A DNA stretch of 63,374 nucleotides, the filler included, from Rhabdomonas costata (lineage: Eukaryota): NCBI GenBank assembly GCA_019059605.1. It is 43 parts of 43 records of this genome, joined end to end, with 100 filler letters (N's around TTAATTAATTAA, not from the genome) between each part and the next. Parts side by side here need not be neighbours in the genome. Positions count along the whole stretch, not along the records: positions 10,340 to 11,716 come from JAHMHO010017765.1; positions 11,817 to 13,193 come from JAHMHO010017766.1; positions 13,294 to 14,670 come from JAHMHO010017767.1; positions 14,771 to 16,146 come from JAHMHO010017768.1; positions 16,247 to 17,623 come from JAHMHO010017769.1; positions 17,724 to 19,100 come from JAHMHO010017770.1; positions 19,201 to 20,572 come from JAHMHO010017771.1; positions 20,673 to 22,049 come from JAHMHO010017772.1; 35 more parts are not named here. The stretch is one strand, 5' to 3'. The notes below the pieces were generated by a model. The model had not been told where the DNA came from and searched no databases. It worked only from the letters and a program-made list of their open reading frames with translations. This document shows positions 11,076 to 23,625 of the stretch, piece after piece. Both the position numbers and the translations under genes were made by a program. Within the stretch, counting starts at the first letter, position 1. Each line of letters opens with the position of its first letter.

Positions 11076-12029
11076 GTCGCCTTTTGTATACTCCAACAAC
11101 CACAAACGCACGCACGCAAACACGCACACGCAGCACAGTGCCACAGTGCCTGAGTAGTCGGGCTGGCGCTGAGCTTCAGGAGGGCTTCCACGGCAGGCGG
11201 GCTTCCGGTGAGCGCGGCGACGTGCAGGGCGGTTCTCCCTTCCGTGTCCTAGAAACACAGACACAGTGAAGGATACACCAATGCATTGGAGAGACCAACC
11301 TGCGCGGCACCACGGGAAGTATCCGTGCGTCGGGGGAGGGGGGCAATGATTCGTTGCAGTACTACAAAGTACCCGAATACTGTCATTGGCAAAAAGGTTG
11401 GGTGCGCCCCACTCCCTCCTGAAAAGGCACAACAATATTACGGTTCGTCCTGTTGAGGCTGCGGGCACGCACCGTCACAAATACCATAGCAACTACGATG
11501 ACATATGATGTGCGAGTCAGCCCACCAGCACTCGGAAAGTCACGCAGCGCTGGCCAGCAAACGATGCAGAGCACAGCCCAGACTCGCACAAGAATAAAAC
11601 GGGCGGCTGACTTCTTTTCGAAGCGGTGCCCTAGAGGGAAAGAACCCATACAGAAGTGAGATTGAAAGAAGTGTATACCTATCCAACCATGTGCAACCTA
11701 CGAATTCACACAAACCNNNNNNNNNNNNNNNNNNNNNNNNNNNNNNNNNNNNNNNNNNNNTTAATTAATTAANNNNNNNNNNNNNNNNNNNNNNNNNNNN
11801 NNNNNNNNNNNNNNNNGGGGGGTTGTGAGATAGACTTTTTCGGCTTGCTTGCCGGCGCAAAGGAAGCTGTCTATATGCGTGGTTGTGGCGTTTTGCGAAT
11901 GTTGCGAATGTGTTGCGAATGTTCGCACAGTCTCCACAATGCGGCGGCTTTCCTTCAACTTTGTGTTTCAGCGGATGAAGATATTATGTGGGACTTTGAG
12001 GTGATATCCTCCTTTGAGGCTGAGTGTGC

Positions 12030-12986
12030 ATGTCGGAAATGAACCGGAGGTTTGCTGGACTGAATTTTTCGCTGTGCCTGCTTTCGTGCCTGCTGCTTGG
12101 GGGCCTGCCTGACCCAACAGCAGCGCTCAACTTTTCGTTTCCTTCGTTTTTCCGGCGCCCGTGGAGCTGGCGCGGTGGTTCTAACGCCTCCGCCACGGCG
12201 TCTTCCGCTCCGCTCTTTGCTCCTGCCCAGGGTGGCAGCCGGAATGAGAGCCAAAACCCACAGTGCACAAGCTCGGTGCTGGTGCTTTTGACGGACTTCA
12301 AGTTCTTGGGAATGGCTAACCGCACAATAACTCAGGTCCGGATACCCTGGAGACCTATTGTAGATGAGAGTAGCTTTGCTATCTTGGTGGGAGGGTGGAG
12401 GGCGGTGCCAATAGTTTGTGAGCGTTCATGTTCGCACCAGCAATTTACCATACATTGCTTTTGTTTAGATTCCTGAAGTGGGGTTCTCCGGGTGGTGAGT
12501 ATTGGCGGTCCACCGCCTGTTGGCGCAGGGTGGTGGGATGGAAAACATTGAGGTGCCCTGTTTAGGGTCGGTGCTGCATTTCCTACGCCACAGGCTCTTG
12601 TCCGCGGCCGTTGGGACGGTGACATTGCTGTGCTGCTGGGATATGATGTTCCAATGAAGGCAGCTCGGGGAGTCTTTCCCGGGCGTACCCACCTGATGCG
12701 CTTTCCAGAGCTGCCCTTTGCGAACCAGACCGTCCCACGGGCCAGGATTCAGTACCACAAGCTCAATCTCTTCCGGGCAGAGTTTCGGAGGTGGTGTGAG
12801 ATTTTGTACATGGACGCCCGCACGCACGTCTACAAGCCGCTCTTCCATCTCCTCGCGGAGCGCCGGTCGACGTTCGGGATCCTGGCCATCAGCGACGCAG
12901 ACTCCAGGCACTTGGTCTCTGGATTCCCGAATCCTGCACCTGCAAGCCAACCCCGTTTCGCGTACCATTTTTGGTTCAAACTATGA
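12030..12986 (+). CDS. Secretory glycosyltransferase, GT8-like (GT-A); exon 12030-12335 and exon from 12594 (3' end uncertain)
   Basis: N-terminal hydrophobic signal; in-phase GT-AG intron; QYHKLNLFRAEFRRWCEILYMDA resembles the GT8 YxKLxxF...xILYLDxD region. Confidence 0.6.
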
Positions 12987-13601
12987 AGAAGGCATTCATC
13001 CAGTCTCCCCAGAGCAGGACAGAGGGACGGACAGTTGCGAAACTGCTGAGCAGGACAGTTGAATTAATCCCGGCCTTCTCTCTCTTCCCATTCCTTCACT
13101 CGCTTTTCTCTCTTCCTCTCTTTCACACACCCCCAAACTCTACCTTTGCCTCCATTCACTCTTCACCCGACCTCGCACAACCCACCTCAGTGCNNNNNNN
13201 NNNNNNNNNNNNNNNNNNNNNNNNNNNNNNNNNNNNNTTAATTAATTAANNNNNNNNNNNNNNNNNNNNNNNNNNNNNNNNNNNNNNNNNNNNGGTTTGT
13301 GTGCGAAGGAGCGATGAATGCTGCAAAAATTTGCACTAGCTAGCTTCGTCGACAGCCAGCAATGCTTCTTCTTACTTCTGACTTAGGGACAGTAGTGTCT
13401 GTTTGTTTGTGTTTGTATATGTTTGTGCGACGAAAAGACAGAAAAAAAACTTTTCGGGAATTCACGTGGCGTAAATTTGCTGCTTTTTCGACGGAAGCCC
13501 TCTGAACCTTAGTTGCTGGATGATTACCCAGTCGGTCAGTAAAGCCGGATCGGGACTTGGTCGAGAGAGGTTCTACTGTACTTGCTGGATGTGTGGCACA
13601 G

Positions 13602-14508
13602 GCCGCTCGGTGACGTTTTGCCCGTTGCGGCCTACCCTGCCGCTGACCATCATGGGCTCCGGCTTTGCCTTTGCCGGGGCCACGGCTCAGGTGGGCGACC
13701 GTCCGTGTGACACCACCAGCCATTTGCAGGACAATCTCCTGGTCTGCAGCGGGTGGCCGGTATCTTCTGCTCCCCCCGCCCTGCGTATCCTCCACAGATT
13801 TATTCATGGTTTGCCGGTGTGTTTGTGCCTCGTATTGTGGTTGCCTAACTCAGAAATGGGGATATTTGTATTGGGCAGGTTTTGTTTCGGGGCAGACCAC
13901 ACGTCTTACTTGCGTGTGGCGTCAAAGGAAAAAGTGCCAGCTAGGGGCAACAAGACTTCACAGCAACAACTCTTGTCACTTTGCCAAAAAAAAAGAGCAA
14001 CTTAGATGAGTTCCGGAACTCCATAAAATCGGGCTTTACAGCGTCCTTTCCCAAGATCCTCCTTCCGGCAGCTGTGAGGGTACCTTCATGCTGAGAACTG
14101 TCCAGGAAGCTCACCTAAGCTGGGCTGACTTCAAAGCCCACCAGAAGGTTGAAATTCCTCCACCGCGGAAATGGTTCCCATGCTCAACGGCAGCTGCTGT
14201 CTGCCCGAAAGTGATTCGGTGTTTGGTGTATAACAGTCCCCAGACGTGGTCCAAAGCACTCCTCCAAAGTAAACTCCTCCCGGAAATCGGTGACCAGTCC
14301 GGCTTCTTGGAGGAGGCAACTAAAGCCCTGCTGCACAACCACTGACTTTGATTTCTTGCCACATAGGGCCGAGGGTTCAACCTCTCCGTGGCCGTCTTCA
14401 CGGCCTATGGCACCGCGGGAGTCAGCGCTGACTCCGTGACGGTGAGCTACAGCCCGGTGCCTGTGCTGAAGTCCATCTCGGGCTGCGCTGATGTCTACCC
14501 TACAACAG
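13602..14508 (+). CDS. IPT/TIG-repeat surface protein, exons 13602-13759 and 14367-14508
   Basis: LTIMGSGF...AQVGDRPC...LLVCSGWP|GRGFNLSVAVFT...VSYSPVPVLKSISGC is the typical IPT/TIG repeat pattern; in-phase GT-AG intron. Confidence 0.75.
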
Positions 14509-15486
14509 GTTCCCACGCTCCCTATACTGTCAAACCCACCTCACCTCACACTCTTTGCGCCTTCACCTACCCACCTATAACCCTATGCTTTGCACAGTCA
14601 TCGGCTGACACATGTGACACAAGGCCACAAGATCTAGCAGGTGCACAGCAGGGCCACCCAGACCACCCACNNNNNNNNNNNNNNNNNNNNNNNNNNNNNN
14701 NNNNNNNNNNNNNNTTAATTAATTAANNNNNNNNNNNNNNNNNNNNNNNNNNNNNNNNNNNNNNNNNNNNGTTTGTGTGGGGGAATTTCCTCAGTTCTTC
14801 AACGACCTTTGAACCCGAAGCAGTAAGTAAGAAGCAGGCCATATCCCCTAACTAAACGTTTCGTATGTTACGAGTTTCCGATTGGAATTCTGGGAATGCT
14901 ATAAAATGCCGCCGGGCTGGTATTTGTGCGTCCGATACGTTTCAAGCATTTTTGGCATTCATCTTAGTAGAGACTGAGTGGGCTCCCTGGATTCGAATCC
15001 CCACCGCGGACATTCCCAAGTCGAGGCGATATGGGGAGTGTCGGAGTTGAACCCGCGACTCTTGGCATTTTCATATTCCTGAGGCTAATTACACGTGTTC
15101 TGAGTTTACGGTGTTTCGTGCTATATAATAACAATGCTGTGTTTGTATGTGTTCCTTCTCATATTTCACGGAATTTTGGGGACTATTCGGGGTGGCTGGC
15201 GTTTTAATTGGGCTTGCTGCCTTTGGAAAATGCTAAGCTTGGTCCAGACAAGAGTTTGCCGAAGATCTGTGGTCTGTGCTGATGGGATTGCATTTTTAAC
15301 TCCGTGTTGTGCATTCTTGCCGAACCACCGTGTATTGCTGAGTCGGGTCCCCGAAGCGCAGCGCAAATGCATGTGCACATCGCCCCGTAGCAGCTCCCAA
15401 TACATTTGCCCTGCCTCTGGGTCAGTGCTTGTGTCCGTTCCTGTGAGCCCGGACCCGGACCTTTTTTCCGGGTCAGTTGGGCAGTT

Positions 15487-15864
15487 GGGCAGCAGGGGGG
15501 GGGGGTCGCGTTAGACGTCTAACACCCATAGATGTCCAATGCCGTTAAACGTCTATCGCCCGTATAACGCTCCCTAACCCCAGGCATATGGCAGGAGCCC
15601 CCCCCCAGACCTCTCGTATGTGCATCGCCCCATAACCCCCTGCAAGTGTTTTATTGGAATCCCAGGGGACACATGTTTCGCCTTCGTAGCCCCCTGCAGT
15701 GTTTGTTTTGGAACTACAGGGAGCACGTGCATGCCAGAACACGGTGTTAGACGGGTGTTGTAGATGTTTAAGGCGCTCCCCCCTCATCTGTGGCCCCCCC
15801 CCCTCTTCATCCGGATTTTGGGGGTGGGTAGTCCTTGCTGTGCATTTCCCCTCCCCGCTGCTCC
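15487..15864. mobile_element. Possible MITE with imperfect G-rich terminal inverted repeats
   Basis: GGGCAGCAGGGGGGGGG versus CCCCTCCCCGCTGCTCC; internal GTTAGACG motifs; no target-site duplication identified. Confidence 0.35.
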
Positions 15865-16353
15865 AGAGGTGTCGGGTAACAGGCTTGAATTCGAGCGTAA
15901 CTCCTACATTTTGCTCTGAAGAGAGAGCTGACTTACTTGCTTTCGTTTTCAAAGCCAAGTTTATGTGAATCTGCTCCATTTTGCCGCAGGGTTGCTTTCT
16001 TCTTTTCTTTCTCCTTGTTCCCAACTTGTTTTTTCACTCTTTTTTCACCACACCTTCCTCTCCCTCGACGTTCGGGTTTAGTTCTTCTTGCACAGCCCTT
16101 TTTCCTGTTCGCTCAGACCCGGCTCTCCGTTCTAAGCCCCCAACCCNNNNNNNNNNNNNNNNNNNNNNNNNNNNNNNNNNNNNNNNNNNNTTAATTAATT
16201 AANNNNNNNNNNNNNNNNNNNNNNNNNNNNNNNNNNNNNNNNNNNNTTGTGGTGTGAGTGTGTTGTCTGCGGTTACGTCGCCTTTTGGAGGTAACCAGCA
16301 AAGCGAGAAGTCTACGGGGCACTGAAAACGTACAACTCCCTTCTCTCCCACAG

Positions 16354-17586
16354 CTCACCATTCTAGAGCGCATCCCGGGCTACGACGTGGGCTTCCACCC
16401 CGTGCAGTACTATGTACCTCCTGCCTTCTGGCGCCGATACGCCGGATGGGCTGACTCGACCTTCCGCAAGGGCAAGCAAAGGGGTTACGGTTACCTTTTC
16501 TGTAGCCAGTTCCTGGGTTATGACATGTATGCACGGCTCTCTGCTTCTTCTTTCTGAATCATCCTTTTGTTTTTTTTGAGACCTTTTACGTAGGTCGACT
16601 GAATTGTTTTCTGGAGACAGGCAAATATTTGTCTGGTGTCATTTACCGTGGCGGCAAGTTTGGCGCCTCACCAGCTTCCATAAACGAAGTCCGCTCGCTG
16701 TGTGCTGGAACATTCACATTTACTGTTCGCTCAGGATATCTTTGCCGTGCCTATGGCTCCTTCTGGATGTTGTGTGTTGTTGGTGACTTGTTGTCGCCTT
16801 TGCTTTAGATTTAAACACCCGCTGTTTGAGACCATCGAGTACTACTTCCGTTTTGATGAGGTTTCTGTTCACTTATTTTAACGTTTTTTGTGATCGTCCG
16901 CGCGATAATTGCTCGGAGCTAAGAGCGTCTCTGCGGCTCTCATTGGCGTTGAAGTGCGTTCTGATTCTAGTGTCCGTTTTCCGCACTCACACATTTGCAC
17001 TGTTACCTTTTCCAGAATCATCACGGAACAGTCCGTCGTCCTGCAGGAATCAAAAAAACCGGTGTCCCTTTTGCCGTGCATCGAGGTTCAGCAACTGCCA
17101 GTACTCCGGTAGTTTAAGAAGATGATTGCGCTTCGAATGAAACGTGAAACCTGAGCATGGGAGAAGTCACCTGCAATGCCTTACACCATTGCTTTGCCGA
17201 TGGCTCCACAGCGCCCTGTCCATGTCTCGCAGGACGCCCACCCGGCGCACCACTCCTGGATCACGGCCGACCCTTTTGTCACGATGGAAAGCCATCTTCG
17301 CAGGTGCGCCTGCGCCCCCGCTGATGCGGGACCTGGACCTGATGCCGGACAACCATGTTTGAAATGGGGATTAAAGTTTGTTGGTAATGAATCATCAGAC
17401 CTGTTTCCATGAGAGACATGGTTTTCATTAGGTAGCATCGAAGTTCATACGAATTCATTTCTGCCGTGCGCATTTTGCGTTATTGCTTTCGTGTGTTGGT
17501 GCAGCTTTGCCACGTCGCAGACCGGCCTGCTGTCTTTGGAAGAAGACAACAGCATCAGTGACCGAACCTGGGCCTACGTGGAACGG
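16354..17586 (+). CDS. GT15 (KRE2/MNT1-like) alpha-1,2-mannosyltransferase; exons 16354-16526, 16809-16860, 17233-17303, 17505-17586
   Basis: Spliced GYGYLFCSQFLGYDI|FKHPLFETIEYYFRFDE|DAHPAHHSWITADPFVTMES parallels GT15 YxHMCRF...FxHPLL..YDYYWR...I.YDPF..M; all introns GT-AG and in phase. Confidence 0.8.
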
Positions 17587-18610
17587 GTTTCTGGCACGCT
17601 TTCTCGCCCCCCCCCCCCTTTTTNNNNNNNNNNNNNNNNNNNNNNNNNNNNNNNNNNNNNNNNNNNNTTAATTAATTAANNNNNNNNNNNNNNNNNNNNN
17701 NNNNNNNNNNNNNNNNNNNNNNNGGTTGGGGGGTTTGGTTCGGCTGAGGCAGTTGGACTTCCCAGCGGAGGGTTCATCAGATGGGTCGATCCATCTTTGA
17801 CGTTTCAAGAGGAGAGGCTTGCTCCTCCGAACAATCCCGTGAAATTCAGCTCAGTTTCTTCGTCGCTGTGGCGCCGCTGGATGGTGTCGCCTTCATATTT
17901 TTGCCATTTATTGTTCACTGCTTGCCGGCTGTTTGCCTTATTGCGGAATTCGTTGAACTCCCCTTCCGTTTTGCTTAGAGGCCGCGGAGAATGGAGCCGA
18001 TGTACGTTGCACGTTGCAGTGCCTGCAATGTCTGGTTCTGCGAAACCATTGCTTCATTTCTTCGGATGAAAAGGAAGTGAGTGTGGTTGTGCTAATTTCG
18101 CCTTTGCAGTTTAATTGCAGTTTAGGTTTCCTTCTTACCTGTTATTCAGATTATATCTCTGAGAAATTCTGAATATTGTGGACGCTGCATGTTTATGGCA
18201 GAAGTCATTGTGTGAAAGTGTGGGAATGATGCGCGACTGCCAAATCTAATCGTTTAGTTACCGCATCAGGTCTGCCTGGAATCATTTCATATTTATTCAG
18301 TGTCTGCAAAATAATCCGTTTGATGTGATTTGGGCGAGAGAGAAAAACCTGGCCAGCAGATGGAAATCTCCGAGGGAGAGAGAGACAGAGAGAGCGAGAA
18401 TTGAGTCAGGGCGTTGAATCTCTGGATCTTTTTTGTGCAAATGCATGACTCGGGCATTTTTCGGTTCAGCTGTTATGCTGAACTCCTGGCTTCTGGTTGG
18501 TTGGGTTATCGCCCATAGCGATTTAAACGTATGGGCCGCTTACACAATGTGCTCTTCCTGTTATCGGGATTCTGGTGGCTTCCTCTTTTCAGCAGTAGTG
18601 TGCTTTTTAG

Positions 18611-18921
18611 CACGCCTCAACCACGTCCGGCCGTAAGGCACTGGCTGGAGAGGGTCTCGGGGGTGGGGGCTTCGCCGCAGCCTGCGAGCAGCTCGGCTCG
18701 CCTTGGGTCTGGCGCAAGTTTGGGTGTGTGCTGGGACTTCTGGCATTGGCCTTCGTGGTGGCCGTGAATTTTGGCCTGGCCACCCGTGTTAAGACCCTCA
18801 CTGTCCCCACAATGGTCGATTCCGGACACAGTGTTCACTCTGATGGTGGCAACGGAATGGCGAAGCTCAGGATCCTTATGGTGACTCTGGAGTTCGCCGA
18901 CCCTGTGTTCAGTGGAAATGG
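18611..18921 (+). CDS. Exon with signal anchor and start of a GT4-like (GT-B) glycosyltransferase domain
   Basis: Hydrophobic VLGLLALAFVVAVNFGL followed by KLRILMVTLEFADPVFSGNG; TAG acceptor, GTTCGT donor. Confidence 0.55.
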
Positions 18922-19396
18922 GTTCGTGGAAGTGCCTGCCGCTTCCTTTTTTATTGTGAAAGTTTTCTCTTTCCTTTTTCATTGTGAGATGTGTCGGAGT
19001 TTTGTCGTGCTTGTCATCTTTGCGAAAAGCTCGATCCACTGGTCCTTGCCTATGTTGGCGGGAAATTTTTTCCCATTGGAACGTTTTCCCACCCAAACCC
19101 NNNNNNNNNNNNNNNNNNNNNNNNNNNNNNNNNNNNNNNNNNNNTTAATTAATTAANNNNNNNNNNNNNNNNNNNNNNNNNNNNNNNNNNNNNNNNNNNN
19201 AGGGGGTCACAGGGTGATCGCACGAGGTTGGGAGTGCACGTGCACAGGTACTCATGCTTCACGTATCTACCCCAAATACCTGGTATCTCCCCTCTCCCCA
19301 TGATAATGATGGCAAAAATGACGACAGATACTGAGGGGGGGTGGGGGTGCATCCCAGAGTATTCTATCCAAGCCCAACATTAAGCAGCCATCGTAC

Positions 19397-20572
19397 CTTC
19401 GCAGACGAGGTCGGTCATCACGTCCTCCACACAGGACGTTCCACGAAAGACCAGCACAATGGACCGGGTCTGCGTGTCCCGGGCCAGATACCACGCAGGG
19501 TTGTAGATTGATCCTTGGAAGAAAGAAAACGAGAACGGAGTGGTAGAAGCTCCTGCCTTGAGAAGAAGTTCAACCTCAGGAAACAAGCGTACGGGTGAAA
19601 ATGCCAACCTCAGCCATGCTCAAATCGAGAAGAAGGCAGGTCGGGGCATGCACCTGTCCAGTTGCAGTCCAGGATATCTTCGGGGCCGATCCCCGTGACG
19701 TACAGAATGGCCGCCTTGTTCGAAACGATAGTGCTGGTGATGGGAATGCTCCCCAGAGCCTTCAGCGTAACCGCTCCGTAAGCGCACATCGCGAAGCGCA
19801 TGAACCTGGAAAAAATAACCCGCGACCTTCAGGCGATTCAAAGAGAGCCAGATCCATCTCCACCATTGTGGCTAGATCATTTTGGTGCATAAGGTGTGGC
19901 CAGTGATCGCATTGCGGATACGAAGAATTCAGCTTGCCCGATGTGCGACGTGATGTTCAATCACCATAAACAAACCTGCGGTGTACCAAGGTGCATGTGC
20001 CTGGCTGAGCACACCGAACGCCCCTGCATACCGCCCAACCATTGGCATGCTGTTGAGGTCCAGCGCATGACCGGGGATCCCCTTCGAGGACCGGCACTGC
20101 TTCTGGATGTTGGAGAACGTGCGGGCGGCCATGAACAGGTCCAGCAGGGAGATATCCTCCTTCGGGAGCCTGAAGTAGTTGTTCACCATGCACGCGATAG
20201 CATGAGCCGCCTCGGCCATCTCCTCCTTCCGCGTCAGCTTGCCGATGACTCGCAGCACCTCGCCCTGCTGCGCCCCCATCGAGGACAAAGCACTGGATGT
20301 GGCCTTCAGAGAGGCTCGGATGAAGCGCTGGGTGAAGCGGACCGACCCCACGGTGGCATCCTGAATCCGCTGCACGGTGAAGTCCACCCCCTTCGTCACC
20401 AGCGGGACGGGATTCAGTGGGGCGGGCACGACCCGTTCAAATGCAGAGGTCGTGGCCGTGATCCCAGCCCTGCTGACGGCGAAGCCTGCCCGCGCTGTCC
20501 TCATAGTGAGGTCCGTCCCCAGAGCCACCGCGGTGTCGGAGACGTTGATGATGTCCCGAGCAACCCAAACCC
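19397..20572 (-). CDS. Class 3 lipase (DAG-lipase-like); exons 20572-20032, 19805-19654, 19513-19397
   Basis: RFMRFAMCAYG...EDILDCNWTG|SIYNPAWYLARDTQTRSIVLVFRGTSCVEDVMTDL is the lipase_3 'RGT..xD..TD' region; in-phase GT-AG introns. Confidence 0.88.
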
Positions 20573-20672
20573 NNNNNNNNNNNNNNNNNNNNNNNNNNNN
20601 NNNNNNNNNNNNNNNNTTAATTAATTAANNNNNNNNNNNNNNNNNNNNNNNNNNNNNNNNNNNNNNNNNNNN

Positions 20673-21700
20673 AGTATTAGCGCAGGCACTGTGTGTATTA
20701 GGCCGTTTACCTCTGGTCGACTCAAAAGCAAGTTCAGACAAACCTGGTGGTTTGGTACTGAAGAAAACAGGTTTGCACCAGACGCAGATATTGTGTAGGT
20801 GAGTTTGATTGAACTGCTGGTGCGCATGTATAACTCAATAGTTTCGAAAAGACGCTTGTGAGCGTGGAGGTTGACATTATAGTCGGGCGACCTACGCAGA
20901 GTTTGCACTGACTTTGGAAGTGTCGTTGAAGGCGAACATTCTGAGGTGCACCCTAGTTTTTCTACGAATTGATGGATCTCGCAATCAGCTTGAAGGTGAC
21001 GCAAAACGTTTTGAATAAAGGAGAGGATGCAGTCAAGAAGACATTTAAGATGGATAGTAGTCGAGGAGGCACCTTTTTTCCATAAGTAATGATGATTTTT
21101 CGCTATTGTCTCGTGGTACTATTTAAGGAGTCAGTCGACAGTGAGAAGGAACGTGTCTGCGAACACTCAGTTTTTTCGCAGCGAGTGGTTTGCAGTTCAA
21201 GACGCAATGAGCAGGAGAACTCTTTGAGCTTTACCATGTTGTGGAAAAAGAGTCCATTTAGAAAGATGAATGTTGCTCATTGTTGGTGTTTGAGACAACT
21301 AGTGAGAGTGATGGAAGTGCAGCAAGAGAAAAGACGTTCGTGCCCAATGACGGATGTAGCATGGGGCTGAGTTGTGAAGATAGCTCAAAGTGGAGAGTGG
21401 TGGTTCTAAGAGCTTAGCATGGTGTGCGTCGCGCCTATCATTACAAACGCATACAAGCACATACGTGGATACAGTTCAGCGTCTCACGGAGGGTCTCTTT
21501 ATCCAAGAGTTCCATATCCTTCATGTATGCTCCACCGTCACTAATGAGACTGTAGCCACTGCCGCATATGGAGGTCTAATGCATCTTTCGCTTCGGGTGT
21601 AAGCGTCATGCGGTACGGCAATGCAAGCTGTCATTGCCGATGCACTTAGGCAGATACTGGATTCCCATGGTAGGAAAATTTAAAACACTATGACCACATG
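20673..21700 (-). pseudogene. Decayed intronless coding sequence, possibly a hAT-like transposase
   Basis: Broken frames, no splice signals; the fragment GYSLISDGGAYMK...CIHVC recalls the hAT 'DxAxxM...HxxC' region. Weak. Confidence 0.25.
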
Positions 21701-21782
21701 CTGTTCAGACTACCAACTAAGTAGCGCCGCAAGTTTGAGACTAACATACGGAAGTTCTCAGTTTCTACTTACCAGTCGTCGT

Positions 21783-22049
21783 TTGTGTAGATGTATTACT
21801 CTTCAGGAATAAACTTCAGTGATAAAAAAGCTTAGGAAAATTGTGAGGATTAGTTTGCAAGCATTAGCTGATGTCAGTGCTCCTTCTCCATTTTCCAAAT
21901 CAGGCGGATGTTATGCGCGACGCACCAGAGACATGAGGCAAAATGGAAAAGGAGCACTGACATTAGCTAATGCTTGCAAACTAATCCTCACAATTTTGCT
22001 AAGCTTTTTTATCTGAAGTTTATTCCTGAAGAGTAATACATCTACACAA
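21783..22049. repeat. Contig-terminal fold-back inverted repeat (21783-21894 / 21940-22049, 45-nt loop)
   Basis: Arms of ~110 nt are reverse complements with 3 substitutions and a 2-nt indel. Confidence 0.92.
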
Positions 22050-23625
22050 NNNNNNNNNNNNNNNNNNNNNNNNNNNNNNNNNNNNNNNNNNNNTTAATTA
22101 ATTAANNNNNNNNNNNNNNNNNNNNNNNNNNNNNNNNNNNNNNNNNNNNGGGGGGTTTGGCCAACAGGTTTTATTTTCCGTTACAATGGAGTCATGAGCA
22201 CTTGTGTCATGGACGCAATGTCGTGGGTAGTCAAAACTCCGTTTGTTGTGATCGTGTTTGGTTATATATTTGGCTAAACCCTGCCTCAGCTTTTTGAGCA
22301 AGAGAGGGAGAGAGAGCGTAGTTCTTCTTTCGTCAGGGAGGGACCCTTTTCAAATCGAGCTTTCTCCTGCTTCGGCTCAGAATTTGTTTGGCGTACTCAT
22401 ACGCTCCTTTTTTCGCTGTCACAAAGCTCTGGCATTTGTTTGATCGTTTTTTGTTCGTCACGGTAGCTGCATTCGTTACGATTTTTCAGTAGTTACGCAC
22501 CCCCCTGCCCCCTGTTCACCACCCTGCCGCTCTTTTTTTCGTGCTTCCATTTGCCGCTTTGTCGGGGTATGATGGAAAGAAAAACGTCATATGTGCAACG
22601 AAGACACGTTTCATATCAAAAGTACGCGGTCACGCTCTTTCCTGGGCAGGCGGCGGGCCAGTACAACCGAAGCGCTGCCGATCGCGGTGGTGTCGTATCC
22701 CGGCTGGGGCCCACTGGCCCCATCGCCCGCTTCCGTCTAACCCGGCACGCGCCGGTGCTTTCCCAATTACGTCGAAAGTGGTTCTGCCTTCCGCGTTCCG
22801 CCTTAATGTCTGAGGGCCAGCCTATGAGACGGCATCCCATGACAGCTTGCTATGGCGATGTTGGGCTTGGGGGCGGGCGGTAGCTATCATGAACCCGCGG
22901 AACAACTAGGAGCTTTTGGAGCGGACAACCAGAAAGGTTCACAAAAAACGCATGACCAGTGTGTAGTTACGCTCGGGCACTGCTTTAGCCCCGTAGAACT
23001 CATTCCTCGTCAAACTTGGACGAACCGCAGACAATTATATATGCTCCCAGCGGAAACCGTTTGGTAGCAATTTTCCCTGGTGGAACTTGCGAGAATGCTT
23101 AGGCGTTGGCCCATTATGTGGACTCGTGCGCGTTACGGCGTCCATTAATACGGGAGTGGCACCAGATGTACCCGTCACCGGGGGAGCACAATTACAATAA
23201 TACGTGGCCCAGCCATAAACACCTGGGAACTAAATCTGCATTGGTGGATCGAGCCGAAGAGCCTCTGAACGAATTGTGTTGTGACCATGCCCGCTGCTCG
23301 AATCTTTTTCGAATTAAGGGGAACCGTGCATCGTCGTCCAACTGCCCCCTCTTCCCGCAAGATGTTCCACTCAACTGGGCCTCGCGAGTGAGCAGTTCAT
23401 AAGGATCCGTGAAACATGCTGTTCATTTTGTTAACCAAAGTGCCACCGCTAAACGTTTAACATTGCTCAACGGACCCACCCCATGGAACGTACCAACCCA
23501 TCCGCCCGCTCCGGCCGCGCCGCAGNNNNNNNNNNNNNNNNNNNNNNNNNNNNNNNNNNNNNNNNNNNNTTAATTAATTAANNNNNNNNNNNNNNNNNNN
23601 NNNNNNNNNNNNNNNNNNNNNNNNN

